This document shows positions 51,080 through 63,300 of a stretch of DNA of 64,000 bases, piece after piece. Source of the DNA: Heteronotia binoei (lineage: Eukaryota); contig NC_083228.1 of NCBI RefSeq assembly GCF_032191835.1, positions 50,902,001 to 50,966,000 on the forward strand, in the 5' to 3' direction. The position numbers and the translations under genes were made by a program. The notes under the pieces were generated by a model. The model worked only from the letters and a program-made list of their open reading frames with translations. It did no database searches and was not told where the DNA came from. How positions within the stretch are numbered: the first letter of the stretch is position 1; each line of letters opens with the position of its first letter.

Positions 51080-52388
51080 CTGGTTTGAAAGGAAAGTTAT
51101 TCAAGTTATATAGCTTGAAACAAGAATTTTACCAAAAAAGATGACAACAATAAATTTCTGTGCTGCTAAATATTTGTTGAGCCATTACCTGCCCTCAGTT
51201 TATTTCTAACTTTGTTGCTGCGCAGCTCTCTTAGCGTGGAACAGCCCCCTGAGCCTTTTCTAGGCATCAGCCCAGTTCTCTCTCCATTCTCTTCTACTCC
51301 AAAATCCATTCCTTTCACAAAATATTTCTTCAGCCTCTTGATACGGTCAGTATCTCTTTCTGGCAACTGACTTAACTCTATCTCATTTCCTGCTTCCCAT
51401 TTTTATATACCTTTGTCAAAGGCTTCTCTTTTCACCTCTGCCCTATCCATTTTTCTTTGATTGAAAGCTCTTTTGGCAAGGAAAGTACCAGTACTGCGTT
51501 CCATAGGGTACGCCACAAACTGCTGATAAACTTGCAGCAGCAATAGAAGTAGCATTGGTCAAGATAAACCCTATTCATGCATTAGTTTATCGTGAAACAG
51601 ATTACTATATAAAACTTGTGGTAGAACTAAAAAGATTATCACAGGAACAAATAAATAGCAAAGTAAAGTGTGAAGGGACAAACACATGCAAAGGGGAGGA
51701 AATAATGAATTTGCTTGCTTAGTAACTAACTGTAATTCCAGTTCCGACTGACCATCACTGCCACTAATGGTATTCTGTGGCAAGGGGGCATTTCCCCTCC
51801 ATACCCTTCTGCAGTGGGTTCATAACTAACCACATTTTGTGATCTGTTTATTCTTCACTGCAGGCCAAATGACATGTGGAACTTGAGTTATGTGGCTGGA
51901 AAAATATTATGCATGCCTTTCTTAAAATACTGGGACTAAAAGGGGGGAGTACATCTGATCTGAAAAATGGTGTGTGGGGAGAGAATTAACCCCACTTCCC
52001 AGGCATTGGGGACCCAATCCATTTTGGGACTCTAATGCAGGAAGTTTTTAGGGCAGAAAGATACATAAGATCATCAGTATTCCATCATCAGAGTAGTTTG
52101 GCCGATTGTTTATATAATATATTTCTACTATTTAATATTTTTTCAACAGTCTATTATGTATGTTGGCAGAATGGTAGTGATTTGTCATAGAAGAAGTCTC
52201 TTGACCAGCTATGATATTCCCAAATGAGCAAACCAATTCTATGAAGGCACAGAAAAGGGACTAAAAGCTGCTTAGCAGCCTGGTAAACATACTCACTTGT
52301 TGTTGATAATCTGGGAAAGCAAACATGAAGTATGATAAAGGCCATGACAACAAAACTGCATTTGAAGCAACCATTCCATAGTGGCACC

Positions 52389-52593
52389 CAGGGCATTTTT
52401 TGTAGAAAAAGCCGCACAGGAACTTATTTGCATATTAGGACACACCTTTGATGTCACCATTGTTTCATACAGGGCTTTTTTGTAGAAAAAGTCCAGCAGG
52501 AACTCACTTGCATATTAGGCCACACCCCCTGTCACCAAACTAGCCAGAACTGCATTCCTGTGAGCTCCTGCTCAAAAAAAAAAAAAAGCCCTG
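52389..52593. mobile_element. MITE (CAGGGCTTTTTT family, doubled end)
   Basis: Reverse-oriented counterpart of 6920..7117; a further short copy at 52856..52975. Confidence 0.65.
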
Positions 52594-54034
52594 GATGAAA
52601 GACTTTTTGTAGCTTCAGACTCATTGAGCTTGCTTACAGTTCATCAAGTTCTTCTCTGTTCCATTGCAGCACCTTCATAATTTGAAAACTTTCCTCAGTT
52701 TGTGTGCAAGTATTAGCCCACTTATGGTTACTGTGATCTGGCCTTCAGGACTACATTTTCAGGAAGTTGTGAGGGTAAGAAAAGGTAGATGGGAAATGGA
52801 GGGAAAAGAAAGGCATGGGCTACAAGAAAAGACTAAATTAAAAAGTGATCTATTCAGGGCTTTTTTGGTAGAAAAAGTCCAGCAGGAATTCATTTGCATA
52901 TCAGATCATGCTCCCTGACGCCAAGCCAGCCAGAACTGTGTTCCTGTGTGTTCCTGCTCAAAATAATGTCCTGGTAGCACCAAACAATGAATGATGCAAC
53001 ATATATATCACATCAGGTTTTTTTGCTAGAATCACTGCAAAAATTATTCATATAGAGTACCAGTGAGTACTGATCATCAAAGGGACTTTGGCATGATCTA
53101 CTTTAGCGGTATTGGATCCCTTGATCTGCAGACGTGGTAATTCTGCTGATGGAAGGGATTTCTGACAATACTACTTCCCACTTCTCTCCCCCTGCTGCAA
53201 CCCAAAATGCTTACCCCCAAAACACTGCTTGTGGGAGAGAGGGGAACAAGATGAGGAGAGAATCAGAGGCCTGCAGAGAGAGGGAGGAATCAGATAAAAA
53301 ACCCCACTTCTGTCCATGGAAATTATCTGCTGAATCAAAGTCATTATATTTACTAAAAAATCAGTACTTTTTGCTTTCAGAGTGTTGTCTAGTCTAGGAA
53401 GAATTATACAAATTTTCTATTAAAAATTCAAAGAAATTCCTTGCAATCAATGTGTATTGTTGTGTTTGTATATTTGCTTGAAGAGTAAGTATTCCTTACA
53501 AGTACTATATGGGCAACAGTGAACATGAAAACAGTGGCATGGATTCAGTGGAAAATTTCCACTGACAAAGAGGGAGTTGATTTTTGCCAATTCTCCCCTG
53601 TTGCTGTTGTCTTCCAACTCCTTCCTATGCTGTTGCTGGGCATCCTTTGTCCCCAGTATCCCAGGGGACATTTGGGGCATGAGGAAGGAGGTGAGCAAGT
53701 TCCATTCTGCTGGCAGAAGTTCCTTCCATCAGGGGAGATTTTTTATGGGATCCCAGCCACTGACAGACTTTACAAAAAGAAAACTAACCTACACAGTGCT
53801 ATACTAAGAACAATGACATCAGTCTATGTCCTTTGAAGTCAATAGACAATGGTAATAGTCACAGACAATTGAAAGTGTTACAGAAGCTTCCATAAGCATG
53901 CAATGCAATTTCTGCATGACCTCACAGATACAGTGACCACTGGGGCCCTTCTTTCTATGTACAGTAGCATGTTCCACATTGGAAAAATTACCATAAAATA
54001 TGTCTTCCCTTGCATTACACAAATAAACCCATAC

Positions 54035-54200
54035 CTTACAACCATCTTCAATCATCCACTGAACAACATCAGTGTGTCCTCCATCAGCCGCCCAATGCAT
54101 AGCTGTGCAGCCCCCAAGGTCTTTTGATTCCCAAGAAGCTCCTTTGGATCTGAGATACTGAGCAACATCCAGGTGACCAGAAAAACAAGCTATCATTAAA
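54035..54200 (-). CDS. FANK1: FANK1 ankyrin exon ([55 protein letters not shown])
   Basis: 166 bp, cag/gtatgg sites, phase 2 to 0; matches human [23 protein letters not shown]...HWAADGGH. Confidence 0.95.
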
Positions 54201-54314
54201 CTGCAAAATAAAAAAACCCATTGTTTTGCATGACTGCCAGCACTGAAAATTTACATCAATGTCATTAAAATCTTTATGTTAGTCCAAGAAATGTTCTATT
54301 TAACTATATTAATT

Positions 54315-54610
54315 TAATGTAATGTAATGTAATGTAAAATGTAATGTAAAATTTTATTTATATCCCGCCCTCCCCGCCGAAGCAGGCTCAGGGCGGCTAA
54401 CAGCATTTCAGGTAAACAATAGTAATAAAAACATTAAATTCACATTAAAATTCACATTAAAATCAGTCAATAATCAATAATTAATTAAAACATTCCTAAG
54501 TCAACATTGGCGGTAAACGTTACTAATCTGGCGGTAAACATTAATTCAGTTATTGGTGAACGCCTGTTTGAAGAGGGCGGTCTTGCAGGCCCTGCGGAAC
54601 TGGTCTAAGT
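54315..54610 (-). mobile_element. L2 3' end fragment with (ACATT)n tail
   Basis: Minus strand LDQFRRACKTALFKQAFT plus the gggcgggatataaat end, as in 40118..40400. Confidence 0.8.
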
Positions 54611-55482
54611 TAAGAATTCTAATCGTTGCCATTAATGCTGCCATAATATAGAACGGATGTAGGAGTCCTAAAGAGAACAATACATATTGGCTTGCATCGA
54701 GTTAAGATTTCTTAACCACAATAAGCCTGATAGTTATTCAGAGACCACCTGTGCCACCCTTCCTAACAGACAGCAAAGACAGGAATGTTAAGAGACATCA
54801 GAGGTTGTCAGATTGGGAGTTGGGAGTAGGTGAGAGGTGTTAATGTAAGAGAAGGTAAAATGAGGCTAGAGACACTTCAAGAAAGACTCTGACAAGAATA
54901 TCAGCCATGACAAGAGTTAAAGAACAAAGAAATTAAATTAAGAATAACAGGAAAGCTGCTTGAGTAGCACAGAAATCACTGCATAAAGAATAAGATGTCT
55001 CTGTCATTCCTGAGAAATCAACCATTGGTTTAGTCCAATGAGAAACTGAATAGAAATGCCTTTACCTAAAATAACTAATGCTGACTCTACCAGGCTATTA
55101 TGAGGCAAGATCTTTACATAGCTGATTTCTGGTACTGTTTTAACTGAAGGAATGCAAATTTACAGTAGGTGGTGTCATCCACAGTAGGTTCTCTCTAGGT
55201 TAGGATTGATTATAATTAAGCTATCCAAAGAAACACAGGATTTGGCTGCATAATCAAATTTCTTTCCAGCAAATAAAATGAACAGCATTTGGATGAAAAT
55301 TCGTTAAGGTTTCAAGAAACTGAAATTCTATGCTACTTCAGAATGTAAGAAAAATTATTCCACCAAAGCTCCTTCTTTATAAGTATGTAAATTGTACATG
55401 ATCTTCAGAACTGAATGGGTATACATTTGCACCCACCTTTCACATCCTTTGCTTTATGTATCTCTTGGGTACTGTCCGCTTT

Positions 55483-55788
55483 TAAGGAAAGGAAAGGTCC
55501 CCTGTGCAAGCACCAGTCATTTCCGACTCTGGGGTGACGTTGCTTTCACAACATTTTCATGGCAGAGTTTTTACAAGGTGGTTTGCCATTGCCTTCCCCA
55601 GTCTTTTACACTTTCCCCCCAGCAAGCTGGGTATTCATTTTACCGACCTCGAAAGGATGGAAAGCTGAGTCAACTTTGGGCTGACTACCTGAATCCAGCT
55701 TCTGCCAGAATCGAACTCAGGTTGTGAGCAGAGAGTTCAGACCACAGTACTGCAGTACTGCTGCTTTACCACTCTGCGCCACGGGGCC
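55483..55788 (-). mobile_element. tRNA-derived SINE with RTE-like 3' part
   Basis: Minus strand A-box tggcgcagagtgg, B-box gagttcgattc, ggggaaggcaatggcaaaccac segment, (TTTCC)n tail. Confidence 0.8.
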
Positions 55789-56813
55789 GCTATATCAGCT
55801 TTTAAATCAGGTATTAAATCAGATACTTGTTTTGTCCTTTCCCTTCTCTATACCGTTGTCTGCTGAAGACACAAAGCCCTCAGTGTCCCATTGGATTTAA
55901 ACCAGACAAATCAAAGATCTATTTCAACAAAGTTTGCTAAATACCATATCTACCATAGTTCAAGATAAAGTTTGAGTCCAGTGGCATCTTTAACACCAAA
56001 TAAGTTTTATTCAAGATATAAGCTTTTGTGTGCAAGCACACTTCTTCAGATACAGTGAAATAGAATTCCCTCAGCCATTCGATATAGAAAGAGAAAGGGT
56101 GTGAGGGTTAGTTGCCAGGGAGGATCAATTAGTTAAGACAGAGACAAACAAAATTGGAAATTACCAGTCCATAATATAGGTAGAGAGTGAGCAGTAAATT
56201 ATCATACAGCATAATGAAGATGTTTAACAGATCTGAGAGTCAAACAGGAATAATAAGCTTCGTTTATATGATAACGGAAGATTGGTATCACTTACCGTGA
56301 AGCTTCCTTCTCGGTGGACTGGCAGTGGGTCGGTCCGACTACTGGGTATAGGCTCCTCCTCCTCGTCACAGGGTCGGGTGCTCCAATCGATCCGGAGGGG
56401 GAGTGGCCTACACCACCCAGGACACGCCAGTTGTATCCAAGCCGCATCCCCCTAATAATAAAAATTTTCACCACCTCCCCATTCACGTACAGAGACGAAT
56501 AAATGAGATTAGTTTATTACAGTTCAACACACCATACAAATGGCAGATTGAAAGAAAGTCACTGTTAAGCAAAGCAAAGGTAACATCCTCCCCACAGGGA
56601 AAGCACCATTGCTCCAGGATCCATCTCCAAAACTCAGGAAGCCGCTCAACCTTTAACGGGCGGGCCGGACCGACCCACTGCCAGTCCACCGAGAAGGAAG
56701 CTTCACGGTAAATGATACCAATCTTCCGTTCTCCGGTGGTCTGGACAGTGGGTCGGTCCGACTACTGGGACGTAACAAAGCTGAACATCCCCGGGCGGGA
56801 CCGGCTTCCCTGT

Positions 56814-57850
56814 TTAGAGTGCATGCTGCAGCACACGACTCCCAAAGGCCGCCTCCGCTGAAGCCCATTTATCCACTTTATAGTGCCTGGTAAAGGTATG
56901 TACCGATTTCCAAGTCGCTGCCTTACACACAGCTTCTAAGGACGGAAAGGACCGGTACACAGCTGATGTTGCAGCACCCCTTAGAGAATGGGCCGTGATC
57001 CCATCTGGAGGGGTTTGACCTTGGGCCTTGTAAGCCAAAACAATACACTCCCGTAGCCACCTGCTAAGGGAGGAAGTGGAGACCTGTCGTCCCTGCGACT
57101 ACTTGCTAAATGAAACAAACAATGCATCAGACTTCCTCCAGTCTTTTGTGCGATCAATGTAAAAACTAAGTGCCCTCCTAACGTCTAAACAGTGCAGCTC
57201 CCTTTTCTTGGGAGACTGGGGGTTGGGACAAAAATTTGGAAGAACCAACTCCTGGGACCTATGAAAGACAGAATTAACTTTAGGAATGAAAGATGGGTCT
57301 GGCCTCAGCACCACCCTTTCATTATGGAAAACACAAAGCTCCTAGTCGACCGACAGGGCCCTTAACTCAGACACTCTCCGTGCTGTAGTGATACCCACCA
57401 GAAAAATTGTTTTTAGAGTCAGTTCCTTCAGTCCACAGGAAGCCATAGGTTCGAAGGGACGCCCACACAACGCAGTTAGTACTATATTCAACTTCCACGA
57501 GGGGAATCTATGTACCTGTGGGGGCTTAAGGAGAGCAACACCCTTCAGGAACCGTTTAATGTGCGGATGCGCTGACAAGGACTTACGTTCCCGCACCCCC
57601 TGTATAGACGATATGGCCGCCACCTGACGCCGTAGCGTGCTGGTAGAAAGCCCCTTGTCTGCCCCTTCCTGAAGAAAACCTAGAATACCATTTACCTTCA
57701 CCTTCATCGGATCCCACCCCCGTAAGGTAGACCACGAAGCAAAAACCTTCCAGGTGGTATTGTATATCCTATTAGTGGAACACTTACGCGATGCTAACAT
57801 AGTGTCCACCACTCTGGTGCTACAACCTAGTTCCTTGAGCTGTAACCGCT
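56814..57850 (-). pseudogene. DIRS tyrosine recombinase, interrupted
   Basis: TTARRVSELRAL*, LHCLDVRRAL, TAHSLRGAATS, HTFTRHY: catalytic R, HxxR and Y residues present across three ORF pieces. Confidence 0.85.
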
Positions 57851-58083
57851 CAACTTCCAAACTGTCAATTGCAACATGTCTGGTTGAGGATGAGACATGC
57901 TGCCCTGTGTCAGAAGGTCGTCCCTCCCTGGCAGCCGCCAAGGAGGCTGAATAGACAACCTCAGGAGCTCCTGGAACCATGACCGTCTCGGCCAGGAGGG
58001 AGCCACCAACACCATCTCCGCCTTTAGTTCCGCCACCCTCTGTAACACCCTGGGTAATAGAGGAAGGGGCGGGAAGGCCTACA

Positions 58084-59943
58084 CTAGTCCCGTCGGCGCT
58101 GAGGGCATCGGTTCCTTCTGCCCTTGTGTCTCTGACCTTGGCAAAGAACCTGTCCACTTGGCAATTTTCTGCCGTGGCAAACAAGTCCACCGACACAGGT
58201 CCGTACCTGTCCACTATTAGACGGAAGGTGTCCCTGTGTAACATCCACTCTGTTTGGTCCAGCCAGCGTCTGCTGAGCCAGTCCGCTAGCAGATTGTCCT
58301 TCCCTGGAACATGCACCGCTTTGATTGACAGGAGATTGACTTCGGCCCACTCGAAGAGAACCTTCGCCTTGGCATGAAGTGATTTCACCCTGGTTCCTCC
58401 CTGTCGATTTACATATGCTTTGGCGGTTGAGTTGTCCGTTTTCACCAGGACATGGTGACCCCTCAGAACTGCCTGCAACCCTAACCGGATCGCCCTGAGC
58501 TCCAGGAAGTTGATACTGCGCTTCATCTCGTGAGGCTCCCACTGACCCTGGATCATTTGATCCTGTGAGTGAGCCCCCCCAACCCCATAAACTGGCATCT
58601 GTAGTCATGCAAACCCTCTGAGGTTCGCGAAGCGGCTAACCTGGACTGAAAAGACCCGGGTTCAACCACCACTGTAACTGGGACATCACCTCTAACGGTA
58701 GTGTCACCAGTTTGGGAATTTTGTTCCTTATAATCTCCTGAAAAGGCCGCAGAAAAAATTGCAGGGGATGAGTGTGGAATCTGGCCCAAGACAGTAGATC
58801 CTGAAAGGATACCATCATCCCTAAGACTTGTGCTAACTTCATGACTGGCACCTTCGGTTGCTGTAACACCCCTTGCAGAAGGAGGCAAAACTTCTCCCGT
58901 CTCTCTGGGGTTAAGAAGACTCTGTCCACCTTTGTATTTATTTCCACTCCCAGATGCACTAGTATCTGAGAGGGAAGCAGATTGCTCTTCTCTAGGTTCA
59001 CCACGAAGCCATGAGAGCGCAACATGGTCACTGTCTGCTGCATGCCCTCCAGGCATTGCTGGTGGGACCCTGCCTTCACCAGAATGTCGTCCAGGGAAGG
59101 AAATAGGGCCACACCCCGCAATCTCAGCTCCGCCACCAGGGTCACCAGAATTTTTGTGAATACCCGGGGCGCAGACTGCAGACCAAACGGCAGGGCTCGA
59201 TATTGAAAATGCTTCCCCCCGTAGGAGAAACGTAGAAAACTTCTGTGTGATTCCCGAATGGCAACATGCAAGTAGGCCTCTGACAGATCCAAGGAAGCCA
59301 GAAAATCCTGAGGCTGAATGGCTAGCAATACTGACCGTAGTGTCTCCATCTTGAAATGTTTTGGCAGAATGAACTTGTTGAGCCATTTCAGATCCAGAAT
59401 GGTTCTGAACTCCCCGTTCTTTTTGGGAACTAAAAATATCACCAAATAGACCCCCAAACCCTGTTGAAGTACCGGGACGGCCTCCACTGCCCCTATATTC
59501 ACCAAGTGCTGAATGGCCGACAACATTGCTCTGTGAGCAGATAAATCTTTTTTCCGGGGAACCCCTCGAAAATGGTTGGGGGGAAGAGAGTGGAATTCCA
59601 AGGCGTAACCTTGTTCCACTACTTCTAGAACCCACTTGTCCTGAATTGACTGATTCCAAATGTCTGTGAAAAGGGAAGGACGACCCCCTATTTTGTTTGT
59701 CGGCTGGTGAGAGGCATAGTCACTGGGATCCTCCTTTCTTGGAGGGATTTTTGGAACCCTGATCTGCCTTCCCAGAGTAATATGGTTTGGGATCACGCCC
59801 CTTCTGCTGCCACTTGCCTCTGAAGGGACGAAAGGAACCTGGTCTGGATGGTTTCTTCGAATCTCGAAAGGAAGGAAAGGACTTCCTCTGTTTCGACTCT
59901 TTACTCTTGGAAGGTAAAACCTTCTTTTTATCCTTGTTCTCAA
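58084..59943 (-). pseudogene. DIRS reverse transcriptase / RNase H, frameshifted
   Basis: ORF 59943-58636 carries the RT motifs; TTDAS lies in a second frame; RNase H continues in ORF 58598-57342. Confidence 0.85.
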
Positions 59944-61112
59944 TGAGGTATCTATCGAGACCCTCCCCGAACAACAAGGCTCCTTTAAAAGGCACCGCTG
60001 CCACCCTGGCTTGGGCTGCAGTGTCTACCTCCCAATTACGCAACCAAATGTTGCGTCTGGCAGCTACCCCACATGCCATGGCCCTGGCCGCCAGTTGCAT
60101 GGTGTCTAATGAACTATCTGCCACGAAGGCAGCGGATAAAGCAATCTTTTTTTTTTTTAACTCGTCCTTGAACTCCTTAGGAGCTCCACTGTCTGCTGCT
60201 GCCAAGTTATTAGACCACGTGCACATTGCTCTGGCAAACAATGAAGACGTAGTGGCTGCCTTGATGGCCCAAGATGTCGCTTCAAACTCTTTGTGTAAGG
60301 CCTGCTCAACCCTCCGATCGCATGGATCCCTGGGTAAGCCATCTGCGTCCATAGGAAGGACCGAATTGGAAATCAGGCTAGTTACAGGGTCATCCACTGT
60401 TGGTAATTTTAATCTCTTAGTAGCCTGTGGAATAAGCGAATAAAGTTTGGAGAGAACCTGTTAGTTTGCTTTAGGCTTAGTCGGACGTTCCCATTCCGCT
60501 TTGACTAAGGCAAAAAAGGCCGCAGGCAAAGGAACCCCTGTCTGAGCACTGCTCAATTTTGGCATCATCTCCCCTGAACCTGTGGGGAGATCAGGATCCA
60601 ACTCCTCATTTTCTTTAGGAGTGGGTACAAAGTTGAGGGTCCTCAGTACTTTGGGAAGCAATTTTGAATAGTATTCAGAAGGAAAGAGCCTAGATTGAAC
60701 AGTGTCAGTCTGCTCCTCCTTGTCTGACAGTTCACCCTCCTTATCTGACTGCTCGGAGTTTTCTGATTCCTCAGCTGAGCTCAAGAGGGGGGGAATCCAA
60801 ACCCAAAGGAGGCTTGATCTTAGAGCGTCCTTCCATAGTGTCACTGGGACTAGTATCTCTGCCCCTTTTCCCTCCATCCTTCTTTTTTGGTTGTAGGGAA
60901 GCAGGGGAGTCCAGCTGCTGACGAAGGTCCTGTCCCAACTCTTTTAGCAGCTCTTTCTTAAGCCAAAGGACTAAATTTGACTTGGCATCCTCTCCTGTGA
61001 GGTCAAGATTCTGAGCCTCCTGTTGAGGAGTCAGAGCCCCAGACAGAAGAGGTAGATCACATTCGTTGTGTGAGTTGCTGTGTGAGCTAGCCGCCATTTT
61101 GTCGCTTCTCAC
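59720..61112 (-). pseudogene. DIRS ORF1 (gag-like), broken into three frames
   Basis: ORF pieces 61112-60771, 60877-60461 and 60397-59720 (DRRVEQAL...AARRNIWLRNW). Confidence 0.75.
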
Positions 61113-63234
61113 GTCCCTATAAGGGAAGGAAAGGCAAAAGCAACTAAAAAAGAAGCGGGAAAAGGCTCAGAATGGAAGACAGAATGTCTCCGTTGCGCCC
61201 TCTATTGGGCCTTTTGGTATCTTGCCTTCCAGTCAGGAACAAACCCCCTCAGAGGCCTCTCTCTCTCACTCCTTTGCCAAGCCTATACGACTAGGCAGTC
61301 CGAAGGAGAGACAACGCGGGCAGCCTGGGGACCCATCTGAAGCCCCGTGGACTCGCGCGCAGCCCTGTTGCTGTAGGGCGGCTTACCGCGCTGCCTCTGC
61401 GCTTGCCGCCTCTCTTTCCTTCCGGCTTGGTTCCAATCGCGACTGCGAGGGAACGAAGCGCTGCGGGCGTCTGCCGTTCGCTCAAGGTCTACTCGTGAGT
61501 AGACCCTGCAGACTGCCGCCACCGGTGTTGTTGGGACCGATCCCAACGCTTCCGGTCTGTTTTGTTTCAGTAATCCGGATCTTCTGCGCTTCTCAGCAAG
61601 CGCCTGGAGAAAAACCGTCCTGCCTCGTGCAGGGCCGGGAGAAGAACTGGCGCATCCTGGGTGGTATAGGCCACTCCCCCTCCGGATCGATTGGAGCACC
61701 CGACCCTGTGACGAGGAGGAGGAGCCTATACCCAGTAGTCGGACCGACCCACTGTCCAGACCACCGGAGAACCATCTGAACCATTTGTGTTCAAATCTGG
61801 GGCAAAACCAGCAAAGGAAATAAATATGTAAAAAATGGAGATTGATGCATCCTAAATTGTAGAATGCTAATTACATTCCAATTGAGAGTAATTACATTTC
61901 AATTTCTACAATTTCTACCCTCTACAACTATATTGTAGTTTCTACTATTCATTATGTCACATCATAATCTACTATTCTAATCTATTATGCCAAATAAGAG
62001 ATATAATAAAATGGCCCTTCTGGAGAACTGGTGAGAGTACAGATGTAAGGGTTGAATGAGGTTAGCATATGTAGTGAGATAAGAAACCAACACTGTTGTT
62101 AAGTCCTGAGGATTCCATGTATTCTGTATGTAGAAACTGTAATGCATTTCACTGGTCTGGGAACAGGGGAGATAAATCTACGCCACCAATTGCCCCACCT
62201 CAAATAAGAAGATGCTGTAAAGTTGTCTCCAGGCTTGAGAGGAGACAGATGGCAGGGTCTCAATTAATTATTCTCAGCATTCTACAATTAAGGATATATC
62301 AATTTCCAATTGTGACATATTAACCCAAACAAGTGGTTACCGTATAAACTATGGTTATTATTTCTGTTTGATCCTCAAATCTGTTTAAACATCTTCATTA
62401 TGCTCTATGAATATTTACTGCTCACCATATTTTGATAATTTCCAAAATTGTTTCTGTCTCTATCTGGACTCTAATTGGCCCTTCCTGGCAACTAACCCTC
62501 ACACCCTGTCTCTTTCTATATGTAATGGTTGAGGAAATTCTGTTTCACTGTATCTGAAGAAACATACTTGCACACAAAAGCTTACACCTCGGCTAAAACT
62601 TTTTTTGTCTTAAAAATGCCACTGGACTGAAACTTTGTTCTGTTATTTCAAATCAACACAGCTATCCACCTAAATCTATAGTTCAAGATACCAACACAAC
62701 CAATTTACGTTAGCGCTAAAACTAATGTTAGCGCTAAAGCTATTATCTACCAAAAGTCGAATTAAATGGGTAGTTTATGTAAAGGGTGAAATTCCTCCTA
62801 CAACATCAAATGTGTCTTTAATTTGCATCTCCTGTGTCTTTTACAAACTGTGCAGCCATTTTCCTTCTATTTCACTGTGTGGCCCTAACCAAGCAAAGAC
62901 AATAAATTGATCGCAATGATGTGCTGCTATGTAGCTGATCAGAACTAAGTACTATCATCACTAAACATTTAGGTGGGCATTGGGGTGTGGGGTAACATTC
63001 TTCTATTGCTAAAGCCCTGAAGAAGGCATCCAATTTTGCAGCCAACAAACAAGATTGCAAAGTTTGGGAGTCTGCTTCAGTTCAGCCCTAAGTGAACTTT
63101 TCTGTTGTTTCAGGTTGTACACAAAGACAGATCTCATGGCATTATAGAGGAGCTTCTCCAACTATATCAGGATACATTTATTTTTTACTCCACAGCATAT
63201 ATTCTTTGACAACAAAAATACATGACTCCATTAC

Positions 63235-63300
63235 CTGTCTTTCCCACTGCTATTCTTCTTGTTCACTTCTGCTCCATTCTCTACCAAAATTTCGGCAAGT
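63235..63300 (-). CDS. FANK1: FANK1 exon (LAEILVENGAEVNKKNSSGKDS)
   Basis: 66 bp, ctag/gtaatg sites, phase 2 to 2; matches human [22 protein letters not shown]; upstream exons lie beyond the window. Confidence 0.92.

Larger units (their letters stand above)
56275..61771 (-). mobile_element. Full-length DIRS1-type tyrosine-recombinase retrotransposon (gag, RT/RNase H, methyltransferase-like domain, YR), mutated
   Basis: ITRs ~61643..61771 and ~56310..56440; ICR ~56659..56770; RT ILDLKWLN/LDLSEAY/LPFGL/SLDD; RNase H TTDAS...INFLEL...TDN; MT VDLFA...(Y>*)AFPP; YR ARRVSEL...HSLR...RHY. Confidence 0.95.
55967..62640 (-). mobile_element. Penelope-like (Poseidon-type) relic with inverted arms, interrupted by DIRS
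   Basis: 55967..56062 inverted against 62540..62636; minus-strand SSGLNNSVGFLSHYIC* near 62110-62060 resembles the Penelope endonuclease C-terminus. Confidence 0.65.

Noticed and set aside
56292-56868. Repeated peptides (VGPTHCQSTEKEASR; DWQWVGP) suggesting a repeat protein or CRISPR-like array
   Set aside because: Fully explained by the DIRS ITR and ICR; there is no repeat-spacer periodicity.
61222-61779. 185-aa and 138-aa ORFs at the DIRS 5' end
   Set aside because: GC-rich ITR/leader sequence; the same peptides recur at the other ITR simply because of the inverted repeat.
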